Positions 26,001 through 39,310 of a stretch of DNA of 64,000 bases are shown one piece after another. Under the pieces are notes generated by a model. It did no database searches and was not told where the DNA came from. It was given only the letters and a program-made list of their open reading frames with translations. The stretch lies in contig NC_087251.1 in NCBI RefSeq assembly GCF_037042905.1, positions 17,796,001-17,860,000 of the forward strand. Direction: 5' to 3'. A program made the position numbers and the translations under genes. The DNA is from Lytechinus pictus. Taxonomy: Eukaryota. The number at the start of each line of letters is the position of its first letter. Positions within the stretch are counted from its first letter, which is position 1.

Positions 26001-29000
26001 ATCAGAGCACATAGCGATGACAGCTGATGTCTGATCAAACCCAAAATAACAAGAGATGGAATCCCTTAAGAACCATCCAGACAATGACAGGGGTATCGTT
26101 AGAAGGTCACTCTGATCGGGTATCATCCATTTTCATCCTCTAGAAAGGAGAATGGAGAACGGATTATGAGGAGATATTTTCTTTCCCAGAGAAAACTGTT
26201 GTCAACATTACAGGAGATGCTAAAATCCCAAAACAATCCAATGATAAATTTGACGGGAAAAAAATCAGTAGATAACAAGTTCACATTCAATAAACTTTGT
26301 AAGCTAATTTTGCATGCTCATAGCTAATATATCATAAAAGAATCAACAGAAATATGACTACCACGCAGATAACATTCAAGGAAAGAAATTTGTCTGGATC
26401 CTAGAAACAAGAAAGTCAGGACAGTAAAAGAGTACCAAAACACTGAGAGTAATACTAATAGAGGGAAGTTTTGGTCTATATTTGATTTCAATGCTAGTCG
26501 ATTATTGCCAGCAAAATATCGCGGAGTCTGAAAACTCATTATATATGTTTATAATGAGCAGCAATTCCTTCAGAGCAGGGATGGGGAAATGAAAGTATAG
26601 CTTTCATTGGTGCTTGTCCATAAAAAGCATGCATTTTGGGGTACCAACTTGCAAAGTTCTGAATTGGTGTAAAGCAATTCGGAGCACCATTTGTGGTCAA
26701 TATATCATGATTAACTTTTTATAATTGTCAATATTTTGGCCATTTCATTGCGTTACGCTATATCAAGATAATTACATATTCAACATTTTCAATATCGCAT
26801 GATTTATATAATATGGAAATATCGCCCAGCACTAAAAGAGAGTTTTAAAGAGTATTCTTCATACACTAGTTGATTTTGGAGTCTGTTTTTAATGTCCATT
26901 TGCAGGACAAGAAAACATATTAGGGCCCTGTAACAAAACACATGCAATTGATTGCATAACCAAGTTTAACTGTATGTTAAAAGAATGTACAAAAGTTACA
27001 ATCAATATGTAACTAATTTTTTGTGTCTCCTTTCGTGACTGAACACTAGCTGTGGCTCATAGAATTTTCATCATGTATACTGTACAACAGATTCAACTCT
27101 AATTCTCATGTGCCTTTTAGACCACAAACAAAGAGTGTACAGTAACAGTTAGAATATGAACATCTTTATGCAACCTGCGGTTTCATTTGCATACCAAGCA
27201 TATTGACAACATAAGCCCAAATTACCATGGCAACAGCTTCACACTAGCCACACTGAGCTCTATAGGCCATCAATAAAAATCTGAAGTACTGAATAAATCC
27301 TTTGAATATGTTGGTTCAATCCACATCAAACCAGTTCAATCTGGATTTCTTTAACCATGGGCAATACTGAGTTCATATCTATAGAAGACACAAGCACAGT
27401 TAACCTATTCAGTTTGTAGCTTTATTTGATCACTTTTTATTCTTCAAATTGGCAACATTAATACTTTTCCTTCGTTGCTATATTTTTCCTCATATATCCT
27501 AGGTGTTAAATATAAATAAGATTACTATAGAATATCTTACAGAGAATAGAGAAAATTACACCTTTATTTTAGACTCTAAAAACAATCTAATCAAATTTTA
27601 ATAGATACATTATTAAAGGAGCACTTAATGGAATTTATATCATTTTTTTTTTAACAGAAGATTCTAAACAAAAAGAATGTTCATTTAAATAACAAGATAC
27701 ATGTCTTTTATTCAAAGAAACTTCTATTTTTCAAAAGAAATCTAATTTATCTATCAATATCCAAGAAGACAATTTCAGTAGGAGTGCACTGACCAGTTGA
27801 CCTGATTACAAATCCAAATATTTTAAACAAACCCTTCTGCAGTTAAAACATAGACAGCATGGACTAACTTCATGAACTTGTCTGCTTGGATAATTTAAGT
27901 AAAGTACTTGGTTTTGATTAGCCGAGAAGTACTGGTATCTATTTATTTCTATGGTAACAATCAGAGAGTGTGGGCTTGACAGTGCTAATAACGTACATGA
28001 AGCAGTGCCAAATTTCATCAGGCATTTATGATCTTATACTAGTACATAGATCTCTTCAAAAGAAGTTGTTAAAATGGTCAACAAGTAACACTCGAAATAA
28101 AGATAGACATATATGTATTTTGCCTCTAGAATACTTCATAAAGATGCCCATCTATCAGACCTATTTTTAGCTACACAAGTCAGATTGGAGAACTTGCCAA
28201 TCAAATCCTGCTGCACTTTATGCTTGACTGAAAAAATACTATATTTTATAAATCAAAAGTACTTCTGAAGACAGACATCCAGTAATGAAGTGGAATGTTA
28301 TGCCATTATGTGTCATCCCCAACTAGCTATATATAACTGTATGGCATACTTCCAAATTGGAAAGGAAACGGTGCAATTCGGAAGAGAAAAATACTTGGAA
28401 ATTACATGATTTTCTAATTGACTATGACGACAGGGTTAAGAGATCCTTGACAATTCTGAGAGCAAATTACATCCCCAATAAATAGAATGACTCTCCTACT
28501 TTAACACATTACAAATTACTATTCAGTTAGACAGATAATTTTGTAACCTTTGTCAAAGTTTTGAACCCTGGTTGTTTCTTTAAAACAAAATAGATAATCA
28601 TTTTCAACATCAGCCTTGCAAGATTAGAAAATTTGTAACAATGTCTTATTTGATTCCTTTACTTTGACTTTGCTTTTTTTTAAATAAGAGTTTGGGCATG
28701 TGAAAAATCTATAAAACGCAAAGGGAATATCATACTACTTGGAGTGGGTATACCATATTCCACAATCTATTTTCATAAACATCACTGAATTTCTAAAACT
28801 ACTTAGTAACATAGATCAAAACAAAGATATTTGGAAGTGATTCATCAAAGTGAAGAAAAATTTACTTTATTTATTCATTTAGACTGCATTTCATCTCATT
28901 AAAAATCATTAGAAACTGTGAGATAAAAGTTATTTTGCTGCTGACATAACTAACAGAAAACATTCTTTTGCAACGTCCATGAATTTTATGATTTTATCTC

Positions 29001-30231
29001 AAAGAACCTTATTCACTGTTACTGCTTGAGGAATACACCAATTTGGGAGGGTAACGAGGTAATGATACCAAAAAGATGAACTTGGAGATGCTAGCCCTCT
29101 CAAGGAAGCTGTAAGCAACACATTTAGAGAGAGAGGAAACATCAAAAGGAAGCAAAGACTAAAATTGGAAAGCAAGTTTGTTCAGAGAATCTTTCATATA
29201 TCATCAAGGTACGATGACTATCTTTCACAGGTTCCTCCAGCTGTATGACAGAGTTCTAGCAGGAGGGAACAGGGTTGAGACGGATGAGATCTATAAATGG
29301 GCCATTTGATTTCTTCCTCTTCCTTCATCAGATAGATATCTCATCTCCTGGTTTCCAAGCAGTGGGGGCGGTGTGTTTCTTCTTTGGCTTTATTTGGTAA
29401 CTTCTTCAGGCATGTTTGCATGGTTTAGAGCAAATACTAAGGGTTGATATGAATTTAGTATAATAATGCTCAGTGAGGATTGGTCAAAATCAATAATGTG
29501 TTGTTCTCTGAATGTTTACCTGACCTCCAATCATTAATATCTACTAAAATTCTCCTGATGTTTTGGCCATTAATTTGATCATTTTCATCAATCTTTACAA
29601 AAATTATTGATCGGAAGCATAATCACCAAGACACTGGTCACACTTAAGCCACTCCTTTCTAAAGGTATTCCAAAGACACATTTTTGAAAAATATTAATAT
29701 GTAATAAATTTTCATTACATTTTTGTTAAGACAATAACATTCCCTATTTATTATTAAATGAATTTTAAATTTATGACAAACAGGAGAAGAAAAATTAAAC
29801 GAATCCAGAAAAGTTAAAGTCATTCAAAAGTGATGTGTGATCTCACCAATAGGGCTATTCCCAACACCATCTCACCAAAATCATGCTTACTGTATTGGTT
29901 AAGAAAACTGAATCATTATGTTACCATTTGGAATTGACCCAACTTTTCTAGATGTCCTAGATGTCTAGATCAACAGGACTTTTCTAGAATTGGCCTGGTT
30001 TTTTAGATTTAATATTAATATTTTCAAATGTAAAATTCAAATATTTTTCACAAATAATCAAGAGATGAAAAAGATTGAATATGATATGCTACTATTTTTA
30101 TAAGATTGGAAAGTTAGATGAACATCCAATACAATTTATGATTATATATTTCAAAGGATGTCAAATAAATGACTTCAATTGAATTGAAAACGTGAATTCA
30201 CATCACTGAACCTGCTTTTGACAGACTTTAA

Positions 30232-30815
30232 AGGAGAATGAAACCCTTGAAACCAGCTGAATCCATATCAAAGAGAAAAATCAAAGAAACATATTGTTGA
30301 AAGTTTGAGGAAGATTGAATGAATAATAAGAAAGTTATGAGCATTTGAATATTGAGATCACTAATGCCAAGTAGTTCCTCCCATTGGCAATGCGACCAAG
30401 ACCTGTGATGTCACACACGTACAACTCCCTCATTACTTTAGTACTTATTTCACTTATTTTCTCACTTTTATAGAGTCTATCACAAGGTGAGGTGTTCTCT
30501 TTATGAGAGGACAAGTACAGAGGTTTCACAACATTATATCATTGATGAATCGTTTGTCATATGATTAGAATGAGCTAAAAGAGATGTTTTGGGGTATATT
30601 TTCAGTGTCCAAAAGGGGAGTGTTGTTCATCTATGACATCATAGATCTTGGTCGCATTGCCAATGGGAGGATCTCCATAGCATTAGTGATCTCGACATTC
30701 AAATGCTCATAACTCTTCTATTGCTAGTCCTATTTTACTCAAGCCGTTGTTGATCTTATTATTTGATTTTTCTGCTTTCACAAAAGCAAACTTGCTCCAA
30801 GAGTTTCATTCTCCT
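30232..30815. mobile_element. Kolobok-like MITE
   Basis: TTAA at 30228-30231 and 30816-30819. TIR AGGAGAATGAAACCCTTG / CAAGAGTTTCATTCTCCT. Inner inverted block CCTCCCATTGGCAATGCGACCAAGA / TCTTGGTCGCATTGCCAATGGGAGG. Confidence 0.92.
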
Positions 30816-33800
30816 TTAAGAAGCTTCTCTTGAAGAAGACTCAGTCTCTTGGGTGATGGTAATCACCTCTATTATGTTCCATCTTTGTATGATTAAAAGG
30901 AAAGAGAGAGGAGTGAAGATCCATATATCCTGGCTGGAAATGATGGCACAGAACAAAAATGGTTTGGTTTATTCTCATTCTCATATGCAGATGGTAGACA
31001 GACATACCCATTGAATTAGGGGAGTTGGGGGTCATTGAACGAGTTAGTGATCAGGTATTAATCATTGTCCCAAGAAAAGTTTGCCTGGAGATTTATGCAT
31101 TGATCATCATCATCATTATCAGCATATTATCATCTGCTATTCTGTTTTAGTAATATTGATCATAATCATTGATTTCCTTTATGAAATAAGAGAGCATGTT
31201 ATTTCTTTAAATGTGTCTCTCTCATGGACTTCACTTCTCTTCACTATATAGTTCTCAAAATTTTGGACAAATTACTCGATGCACATCTGAAACGACTGAT
31301 TTTTCATTACATTCCATACTTCTCATACACATAAGAATACAGTGATTTTTTTTTAAATATACAACAAAATAAAAGGTGGGGAGGGAAGGGCTCAGATTAC
31401 CAATATGGATATACAGGAGCCAAGTAGATTTAATCACAATACGACAAGGAAATGCCATTTGCTACTGGTCTGCAACAGTGCTCAGACAGAGTCAACCCCT
31501 CGGGAAGCTGAGGCCAGTCAAAGTAATTTGTGATAGGAAAACCTAAACCTATATCTTTCTCATCATTCACGATTCTCTGGAACTATGATAAATAATGCTA
31601 TTTGTACCGAAAACAAAGATACAGTAAGTAATTGGTGCTGATTATCTTCAGACAGACCCCGATACCTTCTTGTCGATGTAGTCTTCCTGGGCAGAACTGT
31701 TGGCGTCTGATGGAATGATATAAGTGAGTATGAGCCATGCAAGGAAATTGAGATATTCCTAGGCTTGGGTAGAAAAGTGGGTAGTTTGTGGGATGGAGCA
31801 GTATTTTCCTGTTGCTGATATTGATCGCCATAACAACTGATGAGTATCTCAGTGGTTATTCAAAGGATTCATATCTTGCTTCTATATCACAGCACGTGAG
31901 CATGACAGAGCTCATTTCAACAGTAGAAGCCTCAAATATTACTACGGAAAAGTCAAACTAGAGATGTAGCAGAAAATAAAAATGTTGAGAAGAAATGAAT
32001 TCATCATAGATAAAGAAGCACCCTGAAGATTTTGAAATAATGAAAAGAGTCAACAACCTGAGTATGTTGAAAATCGACAACACAGATAAGCACACATGGG
32101 GATGTGTATCAATTATAGCTTGAAGAAAAAAAAAAACATCTTCTGAGAATATCCCACAATAATTTCACTAATTACTATAAAGCAATTATCACTTTTCTGC
32201 CAGAATAATTTGGCATATAAATTTCATGGATTATAAGTGAATTAACTTTATGAACATTAACACAACTAGACATTATATTTAAATATAAAAAAAAGGGAAA
32301 AAATCCCCGAAACAAACAAATGCACACATCAAAACTGATCTAAGTCTACAAGTTTATATTAAGTACCTCCCTCCAAGTACCATCATGCATTAAATGTTGC
32401 ATAATGCTTAAGACATTCAATGTGTAAATTGGCAATTCAATCAAAATTGTTTATGCCTGTCTTCTCATTCCCATTCACTACAAAATGCCAAAGTTAATCA
32501 GTACCACAACACCTGCAGGACTGAACATGCTAGTATGACAAATTCACCTTACTTCACAGAATCAAATTCTTTGCTAAAATACAAGCTTCATCATCTGTTG
32601 TGAGTAAAGGCTAAATACATTTACTACGATGGATACAAGACATTTCAGAAAAGAGATCAGGGGGGGGGGGTGGGGAATTAGTCAAGTAGACTGTTGAAAG
32701 AGCATATCATGTAGGATGGAGGGCACAAGCGTACTTGGCAGGCACAGGCGGGGAGGGGGGGGGTGTTTCAGCAGACTGTCCCTTAAAATGTGTAAAAAAA
32801 TAATATTGCTGTGGATTTATAGAATACACAAACTGTCCATAGATGCTCATGACACTAGTCAACAACAGTTCTCTTGTACAAAAACAAATAAAAAATCTGC
32901 TGCAAATATTTGTGTGTACAATTCGCATCATTAATCTGAATTCCTAGCAACATTCTGGTGGGGCTGCCCGGTCCCCTCCCATATGCTGCCCCCATGCCCA
33001 CTAAAAAAAGAAATGGGGGGAAGACAACAGAAAGAGATAGAACAGAGGCTACCCCCCCCCCCTGAAAACTCCTTGGCCCTGATGCTGCTTTCCAGGTACG
33101 CTAGTGGTGGAGGGGTACTTCCTCCGTCAACAAAGTTGGCTACCTCGTGGAACCCATCACCATGGTAACAAATCATGATGCTTCCCAATCTGAGGGAAGT
33201 GTCTTGTCATGCCCCAGAGTATGGATGGGTCATAAAAGATTCTCCCAGGTGCTCTGCCGGAACTCATCAAGAAGACACGAGACCAACTCCTACAACCCTG
33301 GATCACCAAAAATAGAGCCTCATTCAGCTGGACATAATATAGAATACTTTCGAAAGCAATGCCGTAAAAGACATTCGGTATGGCGACAGGTTAGGAGAGA
33401 GGGGATGAGAGGGAGAGGGATGGAGAAAGAGGTTATCAAAATATCAAGTGAAACTAGATCATATTTATTAGGTTTATCTCTCAACCACTTGGCACAGTAA
33501 AAAAAGGTTAATAGGAGAAATTTTCTATGTTATTCATTGTCTTCTGAAAATATCTAATAAGTACTGTCAATACAGCAAAGGCTTCAAGGTTTATTTCTGT
33601 TAGCCTGTTGAGTGCTAGTAGAGTATCAATTAAAGGGAAAATTTTCTATTATACGTGATGTATTAAAAAGAGAAATATCATGAGTTTGTAAAAAAAAAAT
33701 ATGAAATTTATTTCTCTTGAAATTACACTTAACAGCAGTCTAAAGAAAATTAGGTTTCTATATTTTTGGAAAAAAAGGAAAGCAAATTAACAAGGCAACA

Positions 33801-34889
33801 ATAGTCAAAACTGACTAGTTTGACAAATAGCAGGTGATACACTTCCACAGTAGACTGAATACGCAAATTTTGTGAAATTTAGAGAAAGATTGGAATTTGA
33901 GTGTTTTACTACTTTCTAACCTTTCCAAGAAGGTTCATAGCTAGATGGTTCCTCTACAATATCAATGGGAACTACAGACAACATTTTAACTTTAACAAGT
34001 CAATGAGATTGAAACTCTGTAAGAATCACTTGACTTTTTCAATTACAGTTAGCAACAATCCTGTGTTAGGAGCTGAGGTGGAAATGAATAATAGCGAACA
34101 GTTGCCCTATTCTTGCATGGAGACTGAAGATAATCTGTACCTTTACCAATGGCATCAGTAAATTATTTTCAGATAGCACTGTCATGATGCAGCATAGAGA
34201 GCAAGAAGCACTGTCATCACAGAATCTACAATGTGGACTCCAGATATGAAGGGGTGGCTCAAAGGAGACCCAACCCAATAAGGTGTAAATTAATAAAGTA
34301 TGCTGAGAAGCTTAATGGTCAGATAAAGAGGTTTCCTGGTGTAATAGGAACTCAGGAAAGTACTTGATTGTGGACCAAATGATGGAGGGATTCTAAGTAT
34401 GTTTGAAATAAATCATTGATGTATGATATTACAAATATCACTTCTCGTGGAACTGTGTTAGGTATCTTTGTTTAAGTTCAGGAAATAGGGGAAATCTCAG
34501 GACGTGTAGAAAACAAGTGTTTGGAGAGAAAAGAACTCCTGAACAGAAATCAGGTATATATACCAAATAATACTAAATATCATGAACTAGATGAAACATA
34601 TATCACTTCTAGTTTTGTATGATATTGTTCAAATTACTCATGAGAAACCATCCGACTTGGAAGGTTATCAACAGGTCTATATGAACAATGTTCTCTTGAC
34701 AGCAAACATCAAGGACCAAGGAGGCCCCTTACTGATTTCTTTCTATGTGACATTGTCTGAGACACTGTCATTGACATTGGCCAGGTTTCAGGAATACATG
34801 AATACATGCTTCTGGGACTGTCTAAAATGATTCAATACTGGCAAAGGTACAAAAATCAAGCAGTACAAACAGCTTCAAAGGATCTTCTG

Positions 34890-35158
34890 GGCCCTGTCTT
34901 ACAAAGGGTTACGATTGATCTGATCAATCGCAACTATGGACGGCCAGCAACATCAACATCTATTATGCATGTTTGTTCAAAATATTTTTAAACTATGATT
35001 TATATTCATGCATTCATTGTTTTCTTGAAAATTCACTGTGCTTCTTTTGTTTACAAAGGACATTGTGCAAATATCCTGTAGAAAAAATTATGACACTGAA
35101 GGATTTCCATAGAGTTACGATTGATTGAATCAATCATAACTCTTTGTAAGATGGGGCC
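34890..35158. mobile_element. PIF/Harbinger-like MITE with CTG TSD
   Basis: CTG at 34887-34889 and 35159-35161. TIR GGCCCTGTCTTACAAAGGGTTACGATTGAT / ATCAATCATAACTCTTTGTAAGATGGGGCC. Confidence 0.88.
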
Positions 35159-37257
35159 CTGATGTGTCCGAGGCATTTTTCAGTCTTTCATTTAAGTTGT
35201 CAGTACTGTTAAGTAGGCATTATCTGACATATCTAAGGTAATTGACACTGAAGATTCATAAAATGTGGGGGAAAATATAAAACATGACATCATTCGAATA
35301 TAAAACAATTGCATTTTATCTTGTTTGTACTCTGGTGAATTAACTATTAACTTTGTGAGAATATAAAGCAAGTTAACAAAAATTCAATGACTTCAACCTA
35401 CTTTATAAAAGATTATTTAGAGGTATGTAAACATTTGACAGTCTAAACAGCATTCACATAATTCTTAACCGAGATTCCTGGAATTATTCTTGTAAACTTC
35501 AAAATTTTGTTCAATTTAGGGCATCTTACAATAAAAGAAGCATCGATTAGGTAAAATGTGAGAAAATATGTTCTGCTTCCTTTGTAAACATAAACCTAGT
35601 TCCTCCGGTAGTACACCATTCATGATCATGTCTCGCTGAAAGATATTAATGAGGCCTCCTCAGATTACTGCACGCTCAACAAGCTATCACAATATCAAAA
35701 TGAAACTCTTGAGTGATACTGATATAGCAATGCTCTCTACGTATATGGAGAAAGATCAATAGCGAGAGAGAGAGAGAGAATGAAAAAAATAAAGATTAAC
35801 AGACATAGAAAAGAATGGGAGGGGCTGTAAAAATCAACTGCTGACTTCAATTGATAAAAAAGGTGTATAAAAATGAATCATGTTATTATCAATATCACTA
35901 TTTTTTTTACAGAAAGTGAATAGCATAAATATATTAATGATAATATCAAATTTTTCTAACAAATAATCCTGATATTTTCTTCTTATAGGAGCACACTTGA
36001 TGCATAACAATTAAAAAAGAAGTACTCCAAAGGATGAAACATTACTGAAATTCTACAAAGCAAAGAAAAAAATTTATAATTTGGATTTGAAGATGTGACC
36101 ATGATAGGAAAACCAAGAAAAAATACAATATATATGGAATCGATAGATTAGATAAAATATGATAAATAAGGAGTAGATAGATAGACAGAGAAAGAGGGAG
36201 AGAGAGAGATAGAGAGAGAGAAGGGGGAGAGATAGAGCGTGTATGTGGTATGAAGTGGAAAACTGAGAACAAGAGGTAGAGAGAGAAAAGTGGTAATATT
36301 ATCTTTAGCAATACTCACTCATCTTCCTGCTCTACATACTCAGTTTTCATCCTAAAACAGCAGAAATTCTCCCCGCATCACTTAGGGAATATCACATGGA
36401 TGTATCCTTCATGTAACCCAATATTGCAGGCAATTCAATGAAATTGACTCTGCTATTCTTGATATTACATCATGCCTTATCGACTATGCAGGAGGTATTT
36501 TCAGTTTAATTTCCCCACTCTTCGGTCTTCTCCTTGAGTTATTGTTTGACCGATGAGTATTTCATGACATTAATAGTCATCATGTGTCCCTTGAAACATT
36601 GCTACCATTTACATCTTTCCATTCGTTTGGCTATAGGCTTTTTGTCACGCATTGATTGAAAAAGGTATATCAACAATCAAGTGAAGAGGAATGAAATTAA
36701 AAATAATTTGAGTAGTACAAAATACAGCAATTATTGGTTTCATATTAAATACCTCTGGTATTTTACTGCATTCTATTAAATCTGGCTATCAAAATACAAA
36801 AAACAAAAAACTTCAAAGACAAGAAATAATGATAAACATTTCTAAGGATATTCAAATTATCGTAACAAATTAGTATTTCAGTTTTTTTTTAAAGTCTAGT
36901 GATATGAGACATAAATTGAAAGACCAAGCCATGCAAAAAGCAAAATTAAACTGACATATGTCCTACTTATCAACATAGAGAGATGGATACAGGAACATAT
37001 CACCATGGCAACCCATCCATCTATTCATTCTGACTTTAAAGAGTACTCTAACAAGTACCTCAAATAGATACCCATCCCCATCAATCAGGTGGACAAGTAT
37101 AGGCCTCGGGTGATACAACTTGACAATTCAAAATGGTGTCCTATATCACCATGGAAACAGTGATGATGATATTTGATGAAAGTCAGCACACTTTAGCAAT
37201 GGTGATGATAGATCATCTCGGAGGATGGAAGAGAAACTCAAGCTAAAGGATAAACAC

Positions 37258-37543
37258 GGCCCGGTACCATAAAGCATTGCAACTGATTGAAGGTTCGGTT
37301 CAACGACTGATCACACTAACTATCAGTGCTATCAATCATGAAAATAAGTCAGAGGTTCAATTGTTAAGCTTTGTGTTCCAGTCCAGACCAACACAAGCTG
37401 GAGGATGATAGTACCCTGTAACACGAATCATAGTGACTGCTCGCAGATTGATTTTAAAGGCTGATCGCACATATCCATCAATGCTATCAATAGTGAAAAT
37501 CAGTTCTATGTTCAATTGTTAAGCTCCGTGTGACAGAGTCCGG
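37258..37543. repeat. Two adjacent degraded copies of a roughly 130-bp MITE-like repeat
   Basis: A shared core ATCA(G/A)TGCTATCAAT..TGAAAAT.AGT....GTTCAATTGTTAAGCT..GTGT recurs at about 37322 and 37477. Confidence 0.6.
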
Positions 37544-39089
37544 GCGCAGTGGAGCACAGCGCAAAAAGGATCTTCAAAAGATGACTGGCTGAAGATAAAC
37601 ACTATTCATATGAAACTGGAGAAGGCGAAGGCTAACGGCATGCATAAATCTGCCTGGCAGGTGTATACATGACATGGAAAGTGATTTCTTATGGAAGTCA
37701 TCACAATTATGATTAAACTTGGAAATAAAATCTTCAGCCGACACAGATTTCTCCTGAATATCAGCTATGAATGATATCCTCGGGTGATGAGGAAGTTATG
37801 GACATACCGATGAACATACAATATAAATATAAACCTATAAAATATATTGACCTATAAAATATCTATGTAACCCAAGCTAAATATCATAGGTTAGACATTT
37901 TGGTTGTTTTGTCTTATCAAGTGTAATCCAATTTTTACCTTAACCTACTATCTGCCCCAAGCACAAATCAATCACAACACCCTAGTATAACAACATTTGA
38001 AGGGTTTGACTTTTATATAAATTCACAGTGAGGCTTGCAAATTAAATGTATTTCACTAAACATGCTAGAAATGGCATTGTTAAGCTATCTACACTGAATT
38101 AATATCCCAATACTTGTATATGTTTTCAACTTTCCAAATACTTCAAGCAAATCAAATAAATACCTGCCACATACATTAAATATATTACATGGCAAGAATG
38201 TGATTTTAATACATGTTCTGTCAAATTATTTGAAAGAATTGTCTGCCAGGAAAAAAAACATCACAGCAATATGCTCATTACCACGCACCAAATGAACCCA
38301 ATAAGTTAAAATCTATATATTTCTAATTAAAGGAGTTGGTGTTCAATGAGAAATAAACAGTATACTGACCTAGGTTGAGAGGGAGTGGGAGTTGAAGAAG
38401 AATAAATTATCCAAAGTAGATGTGAACATTGGGAGATTATGGAGTAGAAGAATAACCCTCTGTTCAGACTACTAAAATTCATCAGTGGCTATACAAGTAT
38501 GACAAGGTACCACGTTTTCTCTGGTATGAAGGTATATCACACATTTGAGGCAGATTAGATTGTCTACCATTTCTTTGAATAAAAAGTTATAATGGCATCA
38601 AGTATTATATAACCTCACATCTTATGACCTCTTATGACCACAAAGATGTTATCACAAGCATGCAGTTGTGATTGGCAAGCTGCAATGTTCACCTTAGGAC
38701 AAAATTTTGATATACTAAGCTTGCAGATAATTATGAACATTCCACTAGTGAGCTTGGTAAAGGCAATGTGAAACTGCTAAACAATGAAAGAACACTATGT
38801 GATGGTTGCATTGTATTATGTTGAATGGTATATGCTTTACAATGAAACTCTAGTTCTTTAAACAGGGTTTATACAAATCTCCTTCTGTCTGAATGACTGT
38901 AAGCACCAGGATAAGATGGAATGCTGGTTTATGGTAAGTGGTGCATCCATCAAACATATCTGACAAATGACCAATTGTAATTACCACCAAAAAAAGGAAG
39001 TAAAGATAGAGCTCTTGAATATACTAGAGTGATGATGGACAAAGGGATATACAGTTTACAAAAACAGAGAGTTGAGATTAGTATGATAA

Positions 39090-39269
39090 GAGATGGATAG
39101 ATAGAAAGATTGATTGATAGATAGAGAGAGAGATAGACAGACAGACAGGCAGACAGACAGACAGACAGATAGATAGACAGAAAGACATTAGATAGATAGA
39201 CATATAGATAGATAGATAGACATTAGATAGATAGATAGACATTAGATAGATAGATAGATGGATAGATGT

Positions 39270-39308
<39 letters not shown>
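39090..39308 (+). repeat. Compound microsatellite (GATA)n/(GACA)n/(GA)n
   Basis: Directly visible runs of GATA, GACA and GA. Confidence 0.95.
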
Positions 39309-39310
<2 letters not shown>

